The notes beneath the pieces were generated by a model that was given only the letters and a program-made list of their open reading frames with translations, was not told the origin of the DNA and made no database searches. A program made the position numbers and the translations under genes. DNA of 39,235 nt, taken from positions 1 through 39,235 of the forward strand of contig NIVC01004654.1 of the NCBI GenBank assembly GCA_002269645.1, read 5' to 3'. Below are positions 1 through 11,322 of this stretch, in pieces. The number at the start of each line of letters is the position of its first letter. The first letter of the stretch is position 1. Origin of the DNA: Macrostomum lignano. Taxonomy: Eukaryota.

Positions 1-845
1 CGATGAGGTGAGCTTCCCGTCGGAACGAAATAAACAAGTCAACGAACTCAGCACAGCGTGCAGATTTGCAGATTAATGAACAAGGCGTCCTGATCAGCAG
101 ATCCCCCGCGGGCTCAGGGGTGGCTGGAAGGCAGTGTTAGCCTCCTTAGGCTTGGGCTTTAGTGGGGTCTCAGTCAGACCAGTAACAACGGATTCAGTAC
201 GCGGGACAGGCTTAGTTAGACACTGACGCACACGGGATCTTAGTGAATTCTCCCGCAGATAAGAAGCCAATTCTTGACGAAACAAGGGGAGAGGGTCCTA
301 TTTATAACCGGGAAACACCCACGCACAAGACCTCGTGACCTCGTTCTATTTTTAGAACTGACGTCACTTGAGAGTCTCGGGCAGGTACAAGCGTGGCAAG
401 ACCTCGTGACTCGTTCTATTTTTAGAACTGACGTCACTTGAGGGTCTCGGCAGAGTGCACATGGCTGTGACTCAGTTGCTTTTTAGCAACATGAGTCACT
501 CCTCTCCTTAGAGAAGGGAAGGGCCGAAAGCATGTGACTCTCCGTAAATAGGGCCAACAAGTGCAGTAAACATGTTTACTGGCACTTATAGGACTTAAAG
601 AACAGAGGATCTGTCATGTGACTCGCTCACATGATAGGGAAACAATGACCGAGCGAAACAGAGACAGTCCACAGCAGAGAAGCTGAGGGCTGAGAAAAGG
701 GGCAAAACGCGGCAAAACGAGGGAAGGGAGCAGCAACAGACAGAAAAAAGGAGGGAGGGCGGAAGCTGACCAGCGGCAGACAGCAACCCAGGGCGAGGGC
801 GAGTTCAAGGGCGACTGCTGACAAAGTGCGACACCTAACACCAAC
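1..845 (-). mobile_element. LTR-like terminal region of the Gypsy element (boundaries uncertain; may run off the window start)
   Basis: Lies downstream of the minus-strand pol remnant. TATAAATA on the minus strand at ~299-306, with duplicated TGACGTCA-containing enhancer-like repeats upstream of it in that orientation. Possible LTR start TGTAGTG (minus) near 860. No clear polypurine tract found. Confidence 0.45.
326..450. promoter_or_regulatory. Two ~55-bp direct repeats, each with a CRE palindrome (TGACGTCA)
   Basis: caagacctcgtgac(c)tcgttctatttttagaactgacgtcacttgag(a/g)gtctcgg at 326-380 and 397-450; TGACGTCA at 359-366 and 429-436. Confidence 0.7.
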
Positions 846-1674
846 TAGCGGATCACTACAACAGGAATTTCCGCAGCTGGAGCAGTGGCACTTGCCTCCA
901 CTGCACAGCCCAGACACGACTCTTGGCTGGAGGGCGGGACGCAACACATGAAGCACGCCTCGTCGCAGGCAGCCGTAGCCGTCGCTCCAAAATCGTCGAC
1001 ATTGGGTGAGTCTTCTGCACTGGCGGTGTCGCGAAGGGGACTCGACTTTCCGCACAGGCGATGAGCAGCTGTCTGTCGGCTCGGGGGGGCAGAGCGTTGA
1101 CCTTGCAGCCGTCGCGAGAGTCCGGCCTCTGTCAACACGGCGAGAACTCTCAGCGCAAACTCCGGGGATTTGCAGTTACATTGCTGATCTGGGTTTGCGT
1201 TGTGGGCCATCATCAGGAGGACTGCTTGTTCAGTGTGGCCTCTGAGTCGTGGTCCAGGGGCGTCTCCAGGTTCAGAGATCCGCAGTCTTGGACATCGTCA
1301 AGGAGGTCTACGTCAGCAGGGGCCTCCGAGGCTTCGTCTGGGCGAATCTCCAAGCATCGGCAGTCGCGTTGGCATCGCTGCGGAGGGCTGAGGTATCAGT
1401 GGCCTCCGGTTGGTGTCCAAACCGGTCTCCGGGCATTGACCGCGGCGATGGTCGTCGTGCTGAAGGCTGCTGGCGCGGTGGCCTTCAGGGCTTCGGCCAG
1501 GGCAGTCTTGGCCTCCTTGTTGCGAGTGCGGACCTTCTTCGAAAGGGCTGGTCTTGCAGTGGCCTTCCGGGTGGTGTCCCAGTCCGGCTCCAAGCTGGTG
1601 TCATCATCGTGTCGGGCTGCAGAATTGGGATGCTCAAGCAGTCGGCCATGCTCAAAGTCAACGGTGTGTCTCCG

Positions 1675-3450
1675 GGCGTCTTGACAGGGCGTCACGTTGG
1701 GGTGGTCCGTGCTTTTGCGATGGTGAAGCTGGAAGCGGAACTCGCTCAGTCGCTCAATCCAACGGCCCAAGATGCCTTTGACCTGCGTCTGGTTCAGCAG
1801 CCACAGCAAGGCCCGATGGTCAGAACGAACTTCAAACTTCTTGCCAATTAAATAATCACGGAAAATTTCGCATAGCGTCAACGATTGCAAGCAGCTCTTT
1901 CTTCGTAACCGTGTAGCGCTTCTCAGGATCACGAAGTTTCCGGCTAAAGAATGCAATTAGGCGCTCGACGCCGTCGGATTGCCGTTGTCGCAAGACAAAA
2001 GCCTATGCGAATGTCTGAGGCATCAGTGTCGAGGACAAACTTCACATCAGGATCTGAGTTGAACTCAGGCAGAGCGAGAACTTCAGTCGAACACAATTTC
2101 TTCTTCAACGTGTCGAACGCTACGGTGCTCATCAGTCCAATGCTGCCGCAGGCTGCCGCAGGCTGCCGATGTCCTTTCGAGTCAGGGCATGCAGCGGCGC
2201 AGCAAATCCAGCTTAGCGTTGACAAACTTGTGGTAGTAATTGCGAGGCCTAGGAATTGTCTCAGTTGAGTAACGGACTGTGGCACGGGCCAATCACGGAT
2301 CTGCGCAATCTTGTCTTCACAGGTCTTCAGGCCGTCGGGAGTCTCGACGTGACCTAGATAATGCAGCTCCTTGAGGAACAAATGGCACTTTTTCAGCTTG
2401 ATCTTGAGGTTGGCTGCGATAAATCCGCTGGAGTACAGTCCGCAGGTTGTCAGCTGCTCCTCGAAGGTCACTGAGTGCACCACGATGTTCATCCATGTAG
2501 CCAAGCGGTCTTTGGCGTCAGCCGTCCAGGAGCTTATTGATGCAACGCTGAAAGCTGCCTGGACTATCATGGAGACCCATCGGTAGAACATTGAAACAGA
2601 ATTGTCCGCGGTCAATCACAGAGAACGCCGTCAGGTGCTGATCGCAGTCGCGCAGCGGGATCTGCCAGAATCCTTGAGCGAGATCCAAGCTAGAGTACCA
2701 CTGGGCACCACGCAGCTTCGCGAAGGTCTCCTGAATGTGCGGCAGCGTGTACGGGTGGTACACGCACTTGTCGTTGAGAGCTCTGAAGTCGTGCACCAGC
2801 CGGATGTTGCCGTCCTTCGTGGGCACTATCAGCATTGGCGAGTTGTAGCTAGAATAAGCTGGGCGAATGATGTGCTTCGCCAGCATCTCGTCTAGCAGGG
2901 CGTCTAACTTGTTCTTCAGATGAGGCGGGATCCTGCGCGGTGGTAGCGCAACTGGTGTCCGATCCTTCAGGATGATCTCGTGGGTCACCAGGTGTGTCAG
3001 GCCAGCGTCTAGCAGGTGCTTCGAAAAGGCTGCTTGACACTCAACTAGTAGATCTCGCACTCTCTGTCGCTGATCTTCGGACAGTTCGCTGTTGATCTCG
3101 ACTTCTTCTAGCCTAGCTGAACTGGACTCTTCAGGGCTCCTTGGCAAATGTCGCACTTCAGGTTCCGGTGTCTCTTCCAGGTACATCAGGTCGGCAGTTC
3201 TAAGTGGTGTCGCAACACCAACGCGGTGCCTGACTGCAGGAACACCTCGCAGTCAGCAGTGTTGACGACCTCTATGTAGCCTCAGAGTGTTGCAACTGGG
3301 GTGCAGTCTCGATTTCACCAGCTCGACGATTGATGGCGATCCTCGATTCTCAGGGTGGCCGTCATCCAGTCTGACGGCAAGCAGCGCTGAACTTCTAGGC
3401 GGCAGGGTGCACTTCTCAGAGGTGTACACTCGGCAGTTCTGAAGCTCTAT
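1675..3450 (-). pseudogene. pol: Ty3/Gypsy pol remnant: post-protease spacer, reverse transcriptase, RNase H (frameshifted)
   Basis: ORF 2518-3186 has PPRRIP..., YNSPMLIVPTKDGNIRLVHDFRALN, LDLAQGFWQIPL and TAF...PMGL..SPGSFQR. A disrupted YMDD follows (tac atg gat ga(a)c atc gtg), then KKCHLFLKELHYLGHV, LRQFLGL, VLDTDASD, and RNase H end FEVRSDHRALLWL...LGRWIERLSEFRFQLHHRK..HPN(A)DALSR. Several indels. Confidence 0.93.
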
Positions 3451-3486
3451 TGATGAATAAACACATGACAGACAAATATCCAGAAT

Positions 3487-3508
3487 TTTTTCTGGACGTC
3501 CAGAAAAA
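3487..3508. repeat. 22-bp perfect palindrome at the Gypsy truncation boundary
   Basis: tttttctggacgtccagaaaaa is self-complementary and sits where the GC-rich pol sequence gives way to AT-rich DNA. Confidence 0.8.
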
Positions 3509-4310
3509 TTGACATGCTACTACTTAAAGTGACAAAATCATTCAGACATTCACTCCGCGCTACTTACCTTAGTATATAACTTGAAAACAACTCTTTGAAA
3601 TAAAGGCTGCCCTTGTGCTCCAGTGGAGCCACCCACTCTGTGTGTCTGAGAGTCTTTTGTGTTTGCTTCATTCTTTTTTTTCTAGTTCTAAAAATAGACA
3701 AAAATGTGCCACGTTACGGGGTTCTGATACATCATCAGCGTTGTGAGTTAGAACTGTTGGCTTGCAAAATAATACCCTGGAATATGAAATTCGCCAGGAT
3801 ACTTTCCAGTGGTGAAGATGGGTGGTAGTTTTGTTATAGCTGACTGAAAATCTAAAGCATTTCCTAGAAATAATGGTTTACCGAAGGCCATTTTATATAT
3901 ATAAAATATACTATCGTTAAATTTGATGACACTTTCATATTCTATATACCTGAAATTGCATTGAATTGACCCGTGAATCCAACTTTTCTAATGGTTTTAG
4001 AGCTGGAATCGTGAAAATTGCACTTTTTCAAAATTTTTGAAAATCACAAAAAATCGCTGTTTTCAGACCATTTTCACCTGTTTTTAGTCATTTTTAACTT
4101 ATTTTTAGTGATTTTAAAATGAGTGAGGGCATGAGGGCGAGGGCACCCCCCTTTTTAAAAAGTATAAAATTTCCGGAAAATCTGTGTTCTGTGAAATATT
4201 CCACATGCCAATGCCCCCACATGCCCCCACCCCCAACACCCTCACTCACAGATATATGTATATTTATATATTTTTTATATTTATCACACCCACTTGCAAC
4301 TCTGACCTCC

Positions 4311-4415
4311 TGGTAGTAGTAGTATGTTATAGGGGGCTGAGTCATCCAGCGAGCTGGCGCGCAATGCGCCCGAGCAATTAAGTGTGGCGCAGCCCCTTAT
4401 AACATACTACTACCA
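4311..4415. repeat. ~100-bp mini element/hairpin with 24-bp inverted repeats ending in (AGT)n, Polinton-like termini
   Basis: gtagtagtatgttatagggggctg (4316-4339) versus cagccccttataacatactactac (4390-4413), one mismatch. Abuts the capsid ORF. Confidence 0.75.
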
Positions 4416-5451
4416 ACGTTGACAAGAATGATGCGGATGTGGCTCTGATCAGTAACTTTTGGGCGTACATGTTCAAGGAGTTTAGTGTATCGAATGGGAG
4501 CACTGAGTTGGAGCGAATCGCCAACTTTGGAATAGTCTATGACGCTCATTGTTTGATCGAGAATCCTGATTTTATTCAGTTGGGAAGTGGTGCGGGTTTT
4601 ATTGCAGATGAAAAAGAAGAAGATATCAATGACAGTGGCTGTAGAAATATAAAGAAGAGATACAACTATGCATTGCAAGGTGCTGATGATGCTGCTAAGA
4701 ACCCGCTGTACATCGGTCTGTTGATGTATTTGTACCATTGAGATTCATGAGTGGATTCTGTAATACATTTAATCGACTGACTAGTAACTTTAGCTACACA
4801 TTTAGACTGACTAGAGATGATCGCAGTAGAGTGTTGTGGACTGGGGCGGACCACACTAGGATGGAGGTGAAGCTAACCGGAACCGAGCTGTATTTGGAAG
4901 TCATTGAGCCAAAGACCGCACTAAAAGCGGATTATCTCAAGGCAATTGAGAAGGACATTGATGTTGCATACACGGCCTACATGTGTCGAGATGAGCGAAA
5001 CGAAACTAGAACAAACATCTGCATCAAAGAGGGATCATGCAGCAATCCAAGGTATATCATTATTAACATGAGAAACCCAAATAGCATTATACGCTACATG
5101 CATGGAGACGTGCGGTCCATTCAGCATGAAATCAGTGATAATCTTTACCCTGCACTGCCACAAAATGGAGATTTCAGTCAGAACAAGATTAGCAAATTTT
5201 ACAGCGAGTTGGTCGACTTGGTTGTGAAAGAGAACAATGGAATTGCTATCACTGCTCTTCAATATGGAACTCTATATCCGATGTTTGGCGCTGATGTGTC
5301 TGCCAGACAAATGCCTACTGATAACAGCCCTGTGAATATTGTGACTAACATTAAGAGGACTGTCGCAACACCCGTGGACCTGTACATTATCTATGCATTT
5401 GAGAGGAAGGGGAAGCTTAACATGATCAACAATTCATCCAGTGAAGTTTAA
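4412..5451 (+). pseudogene. Polinton/Maverick (adintovirus-like) major capsid protein, 5'-truncated, one frameshift near 4720
   Basis: DVALISNFWAYMFKEFSVSNGSTELERIANFGIV...; after the shift FDVFVPLRFMSGFCNTFNRL..FRLTR ... LYPMFGADVSARQ..SPVNIVTNIKR..LYIIYAFERK. These match the pattern of Polinton double jelly-roll capsid proteins as recalled, not searched. Confidence 0.78.
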
Positions 5452-5469
5452 ATTTTTTTGGGTGAAAAA

Positions 5470-6337
5470 ATGGAAGCGATTGCTGAAAGACTAAATAATA
5501 TTATTTCTCACTCTAAGGAGAGCATTCCTATTACAATAACTGGGCGAATTAATGACTCAAACGGGATGTTTGTTGAAAAATTAGAGCAGGCGATTCGCCT
5601 GGATCCAGGTGCTAATTACCATGTCTATCTTAACGACTTCACTGGTTCCCAATCAAACGTCAAACGTTCCCAATGTGACGGCAGCAAATAATAAGTTTTA
5701 TTACAAATGGAAAGGAGCAGCAGCAGAACCTGTGGTATTCCCTGTGAGCACGCAAAGTGTGGAGACCTACAATTACTTTCTAGAAAACGTCTTTACTAAA
5801 AGAGGCCATTGTGAGAAACCTGATCTGATTAAGCCAGAACTGTTCCCTGTCAAACTAGCCTATGATCTCACTGTAATGAGAGTGGTCATGCAAGTTCACA
5901 AAGATGCGGAGGTTGAGTTTAAAGATAACACTTGGTATAGGGAATTAGGATTCGAGAAGAAAGTTTATAAGGCAGAATCCGCGGCGCGGACTGTCACTCA
6001 AGCGACGGGGGCTGTTATCATGGCCCGAGAAAGTGTACGCGGTTTGTTCTTAGCACCCAATATAGCAGACATTGTAAAGGGTTTGAATATTCTAATCAGA
6101 ACTAATCTCAGTCTTGATTGGGTATTTAAGGGAAAGCGAACTAATATTTTGTACAACATCTCCAACTCTGTAGCTGGAGGACAGATGGTGGTAGAGAAAC
6201 CAAATCCAGTGAAAAGAGTTGTATTGAGTAATAAGGAGATTCACGAGATTGTGCTACAGTTTGAGACTGAAGATGGGGTGGGTGTTGATTTCAACTGTGA
6301 AGAGTTTGTACTAACGTTGATCATTGAGAGAATGTGA
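5470..6337 (+). pseudogene. Polinton/adintovirus penton (minor capsid protein), one frameshift near 5650-5670
   Basis: ORFs 5458-5691 and 5609-6337 join into ~285 aa with NVPNVTAANNKFYY, RELGFEKK, NILIRTNLSLDWVFKGKRTNILYNI..VEKPNPVKRVVL and a C-terminal EDGVGVDFNCEEFVLTLIIE, resembling the penton motif D.G..VDFRGE.ITI.LHI. Starts 18 bp after the MCP stop. Confidence 0.75.
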
Positions 6338-6435
6338 GAAATCACAATTGCTTAATGATTTCTGCAAAGTTATAGTAGCTGTCGTAATCTTTTACGTAGG
6401 TTACTCCATACTTATGAAACCAGTGTCTTTGGAGA

Positions 6436-7436
6436 TGTGATAAAAAGGCAATTAGATAAATAGCATGCACGGTAAGCAATTATTTAGGCCCTAGACAAAC
6501 CTATTTTTGGAGCGTCAGAGATTTTAAAGCTATTGGCCCTAATTGCCTATCGCCGGTCGGCGAGTCCTACCAGTCTTTCTCCAATAGCCGCAGGTACAGT
6601 ACAAGAAAAGAAAGAACGCGAGGGAACACGAACCGAATAGATTTAGAGAGTGATAATCTTAATGAGAATAGCTAAATCTTATTGACACTTATTGTTACAA
6701 GATTCTCAATACGATTCACGGCGCAGATAAATTGACACTGATGATAACGAGTAATAATAAATTAATAACGCGACTGGCAAGCGGATCTCAGCTGAAGAGG
6801 AAGAAGAAGGAGAACCGAACACGACCACGGAGAAGACTCCTAACCCCTGGCCTAAACCAGAACCTACACTCAAACGAGAGCCCTGCCAAATTGACCGTTC
6901 AACGGAGCACTGACTAAATTCTCTCAGTACTGCCCTTCAGCGTGACACTGAGGCCCTCAGGATCGAGGCCACGTACTTGGTCAAATTTGACAGTCTCTAT
7001 CTAACCGCGCTTGATAGCGACGACTTCAGACAAGTTTGCCGTAGACGTTACGCTACAAGACTGAAGCGGTCGGGCGGGGACAGAAAATATGGACCGGGGG
7101 TGATGAACTCAAGCGCCTCAAAGCGCGAACCAAAACAGTCGGGCAAGCGGCCGGGAAGCTGGACAAAACCAAGAACCGGGGAAAGAAGGCGAGATCCGAT
7201 TGCCAAATACACTTTCATATATAGTCAGAGTCAAACCCTCAAAACCCCCCTCAAGCCGGGTGGTGGTCGTCTGGCCGGCCGCCCGCTAAGCCGAATTGCA
7301 CTGTGCCGCGGCGCCGGGTAGACTGGAACTTGCCGCGTGCCAGGGTCCAGGCCGGTTCTGATTGGCTGGCCGCGCAAAGCTGGGGTTCGCAGACAAAAAC
7401 TCAACCCTCCGCTGAGTCACAAAATTGGCGTCCAAC
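6436..7436. mobile_element. LTR-like segment (TGTGA...TCACA) followed by a PBS-like sequence
   Basis: TGTGA at 6436 and TCACA ending 7421, then aaat TGGCGTCCAAC (7426-7436), similar to a tRNA-Lys primer-binding site. Contains TATATA (~7217) and ATTGG/CCAAT (~7362). No TSD and no coding sequence attached; orientation ambiguous. Confidence 0.35.
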
Positions 7437-7889
7437 TTCTAACCTGTTTACGCAAAATAAGCCCTAACTAACAAGAAAAGTACATTAGACCGCGTGACTA
7501 AATTGAAGCAAAATAATAATTCAATAACAATAATACAGAAGCTAACTAACTAATAGAATACACAAAAGATGCTCACACTACAGAGAGCTAGATTAATATT
7601 ACGGACATTGATATCAACACCAGGCCAATATTTTCTCATGTATTCGCTGCATTCTAGTTTGCATCGGTACTTGCTCTTGTAGTTAGGCTCGTGCGCTTTG
7701 TAATAAGAACTTAGGGAGACAATTGGGAACATTTTTATTGAGAATTAATTTTTTCTCAAAGGGTAAGGACCCTGCGCTGATGATTTAAAGTCTTAATGAT
7801 CTGGTAGCACGTTGCGAATTGAATGTGGGGAGAAGAATGCAGATTATTTTCTGATTGTTTCGAAAATGCTCTAGGTGGATGTCAGTGAA

Positions 7890-8190
7890 TTATGTAGGAC
7901 ACTTGTTATGCTCTGATTGTGTCGTGGAAGGAGGATAGGTTAGGAGGATTATGTTTGAAGTTTTCGGAACAAGTGTGACCCCTTTTTTTCTGATTCAGGG
8001 ATAATATGGATGGATTTAATGGGATTATGTTCGAAGTTTTCGGAGCAAGTAGGACACGTGTTATGCTCTGATTCTGTCAGGGATAATATGGATGGATTTA
8101 ATAGGATTATGTTCAAAGTTTTCGGAGCAAGTGCGACCCCCCTTTTCTGATTCTGTCGGAGATAATATGGATGAATTTAATGGGATTATA
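7890..8190. repeat. Degenerate tandem repeat, ~76-82-bp period, ~4 copies
   Basis: ggattatgtt(t/c)(g/a)aagttttcgga(a/g)caagt recurs, with ttttcgga starting at 7961, 8037 and 8119, and gataatatggatg(g/a)atttaat recurs three times. Confidence 0.8.
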
Positions 8191-8418
8191 GAGGACGTGA
8201 AAATTTTTGTCCCAGAAGCCCCCTCATGCATTCTACCAGCATGGCTTTTAAAATCTGTCTGTTTAAAATCATTGTCGCTACCGGAACTACTTATTCTTCG
8301 ACGCCGTTGCTGCTGATGCCGAGCCGCATCTGGCTGTTGGTGCCCAGCCGGCTGCTGATGCGCAGTAGCATACGGCTGCTGATGATGATGCCCAGCCAGC
8401 TGCTGATGCCCAGTCACC

Positions 8419-10434
8419 TCAGGTCCTACTGTCATTGGCGGCTTCTCTTTCTGAAGCGTGCTTCAGTGGGTCTCGAATCGCACCCTCTACCTCAGCCTTG
8501 GAGGGCCTCTGTCTCTCATCAGGGTAGAGATCCTCAACAGCGTCTGCAGGTTGTGATTGGATGAATGGATTTGGTTTGTTAATTCGCCAACAGACCTCCG
8601 AGGAAAACAGCAACGATATTCAAAAAACGAGAACAAGAAGGGATACAGAAAAGAATTAAATCATAGGTGGGGAAGCATTGAAAAACTGTCTGTGTATTTA
8701 GAAAGCCATTAATTTGATGTTGCGAGCCGATGGTAACTCACCAATAAAAACTGATGGCATTTCAGAACGCCAAGACAGAGTCACTTAGACGCAAGTGAGG
8801 GTGCTGCGCAATTACTCGCGCCGACATGTTTCGGCCCGACCAATTTACGAGGCATTGCATCGACGCAGAAAGGCACTTCTCCAGCATGCGCTTGCAGTTG
8901 TCGTGCACTGACGAACCTCGACATCCACTTAGACTCGAGACCTGGTAAATAAAGTTTTGGTTGTCGATAGTTGACGTTGAAAGAATTTGCTAATTTTTAA
9001 AGTGTTTTAAGATTAAAAAAACGCTCAAAAATTTACAAAAAATAATTATAAAATAATTCAAATTTCCTTCGCTTTTTGCACACTCCTATTTTTAGTAGTT
9101 TACGTAGTATATACCGTATTCCTGTCAATAGCTGAAAATCATTGCAGTCATTAGTTCAAGTCTATTTATCCAAGCATTAAGTGCCAGACGGCTCTGCTCA
9201 AGTTGAGATGCAGAGATGAAGCGGATGTAGTCCTGCCAAGAGTTTATTTGCTCAAAAACTCTTCGAGAACCCGCATCTGCAGCTGCAGCAGTCAATAACC
9301 TGTTATCGGACAGCTGGCAAAGTAGCCGCCCCTGAGCCGTGACTTGCGCCGAGAGGCCTTCGATCTGAGCTGAAAGCTCATTCGTCAGTCATGTGACGGC
9401 GTCATATGTATCGCATGCCCGGCGTGCGGCCATATTTGAAAGAAACGAGGCAGCCCTTGACGAGCCAGGATCCATGCCCAAGCTTGTAAGCTTCGCCATA
9501 GTGCTGCGCAAAAGCGTTGGGTGAAATCCAAGCGGCTCAGTCGAGTTATCTGTTGCTGTCTTTGGGATGGTGCTCGCCTCCCGGTCCGACTGCATACATC
9601 TATCTGCAGCTCCATCAGCAGACAAAGTGGAAGCTGCCGAAGGCGGTTGACAGAGCAGTTCCTGAGACATCGGACTTTGTCTTCCTGTTTCGGCTGCGAA
9701 GACTCTGGCCTCCTCCCGCTGCGGCTGTGGACTGTCATGCATAGCCGAGGGTCTCAGGCCTGTAGATTGTCTGTTGGGTAGCACTGGTCGCCCTTCTTCT
9801 CTCTGGGGTGTTAGAGTCACATCACCTCGGTCTTGGCCATGAGCATCATCAGTGACATCGATTTCGCTTTCTGACGTTGTCCACTGCTGTTTTAAGAAAA
9901 ATAGGAAAATCTAATTATTTTTCTTCATCGCCCATCGGCAATCACCTGCGCTCATTTTGTCGCTCATCCACCCATTTACTTCACTAATCACCTACTCACT
10001 CATTCCCCTCCCTCACTTTAAAGTTTGTTTCTAACTTTCTTTTAGGATTCTCGTTTAAAAAATACTTACTTCGATGGGCCGAATTGCGTTGCGTCGGCCG
10101 ATATTTACTTTTCGTATTGTTCTTAACAGGCTCTGCGGCGTCTTCATTTTTTCACTTCTGAGTCTTCGGAGAGCTCGATCGTCGGCGTGTTGTCGGTCTC
10201 TGGGCTTAAGACAACTTGCAAAAGTAATGCATCGAACCAGTCGCTTTGATACTCAGCACGCACATCTATGGGTACCTGAGAAAACAATTCTGGCGTGCTC
10301 ATAGCCCACCAGTCAGCGTCTGTATAGCTCTGGTAGTCTCCGAGCAAAATCTCGTTCTCTTGAACTTCGATTATTTCCCCATCTAAATGGAAAAATACTA
10401 TATACCTAATTCTTAAATCGGATGGCTCAAACAT
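8419..10434 (-). pseudogene. Spliced DUF4806-like accessory gene of an EnSpm/CMC-type transposon (copy 1)
   Basis: ATG at 10434 (MFEPSDLRIRYIVFF). GT-AG junctions at 10070/9886 and 8742/8543, plus an acceptor at 8941. C-terminal exons give LSGCRGSSVHDNCKRMLEKCLSASMQCLVNWSGRN...PSVFI|DAVEDLYP..SKAEVEGAIRDPLKHASER, the layout recalled for DUF4806 proteins. Several frameshifts. Confidence 0.7.
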
Positions 10435-10559
10435 GTTGGAACAGTGCTTGCTTGCAGGGAGAAGAAAATTCTGTGGATAACTGAGGAGCACGGGATTACG
10501 AGCTAGATATTTAACTATAGTGGGGGTGCACTCTTCTCAAATATTCCTTTTTCCGTGTG

Positions 10560-10790
10560 CCTTAATTTCTATTGGCTGTGACAGGGAAGCCTCTATGGTC
10601 GCTACCTTGCGGGCCGGGCCGGCAGCGAGCCAATACGATTCCCCAGCTGTTCGATTGTTGGAGGAAAAAGAGCCCTGATTCGATATTCGGGCATAAAATT
10701 ATGGTGTCATGAATAAAAGTTTCATTAAAATTAAATCTATTAAATGTACTATGCATACACTTCGAACAAAATATTCATAACAAGCACAGA
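10560..10790. promoter_or_regulatory. Probable bidirectional promoter between the divergent DUF4806-like and transposase genes
   Basis: CCAAT on minus (attgg 10571-10575) and on plus (10630-10634), with a GC-rich gggccgggccgg (~10611-10622), inside the ~360 bp between two outward-facing ATGs (10434 minus, 10792 plus). Confidence 0.45.
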
Positions 10791-10791
10791 G

Positions 10792-11322
10792 ATGTCAAAA
10801 AGACGCCGTACCGAAGGCGATACGAATAAATCGCGACTTTTCCGCAACTAGCTTCATAAAAACTTACTGGACGAAGGTCCCGAACCAGAATCACCCCCCT
10901 CTACAGACCCAATTACTGCTAAAGAGGCTGTTTTGGAATCGGAATGGAATGGAAGCTGTTCCCATCGAAAAATCGACTACGACTGATGACTTTTTAAGAG
11001 AGCTGACTGAGGTAAGCAGTTTTGATGATAATCTTGTTTGGCAAGCTGTCAAAATTTTAAAACTCATGCCCACCCCACTATTACTCACCTAAGCATGCAT
11101 TTTCCTCCCTTACTTCAGCTCGAGGAGCAACGTGGCATGGAGTGTGACCATGTAGAGTTTGGCGACGTTTCGGCTGACATGGATAACGAATCTGACTCCG
11201 AGAAGCTGTCCAATTATGACGATGATGAAGGGGAGGAAAATCAGAAGCCTACGATGGACACTTTGAACGAAGAGCTTTTTGTTTTTTTCTTTACGTTTAA
11301 CAGTTCAAACCGAGCCATGCAA
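10792..11322 (+). pseudogene. EnSpm/CMC-type transposase, 5' part (interrupted by the Helitron)
   Basis: MSKRRRTEG... with a stop and a frameshift; intron 11012-11118 (gtaagc...ttcag); acidic exon LEEQRG..DDDEGEENQKPTMDTLNEELF..NRAMQ ending at the Helitron 5' TC. Rejoins in frame with 21051. Confidence 0.7.

Noticed and set aside
1006-2895. Plus-strand ORFs (1061-1684, 1249-1851, 1951-2268, 2602-2895)
   Set aside because: Antisense shadows of GC-rich Gypsy coding sequence with no recognisable motifs.
6340-6600. Short hydrophobic frame and an NYLGP string after the penton as small viral membrane or phospholipase A2 genes
   Set aside because: No in-frame ATG and no downstream catalytic His-Asp motif; too short to support.
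7576-7590. CACTACAG as the left TIR of EnSpm element 1
   Set aside because: No matching inverted copy found downstream of the transposase; TIRs and TSDs of all three EnSpm-type elements remain undefined.
10562-10756. Minus-strand ORF as a transposase C-terminus
   Set aside because: No convincing motif; the region is better explained as the promoter between two divergent genes.
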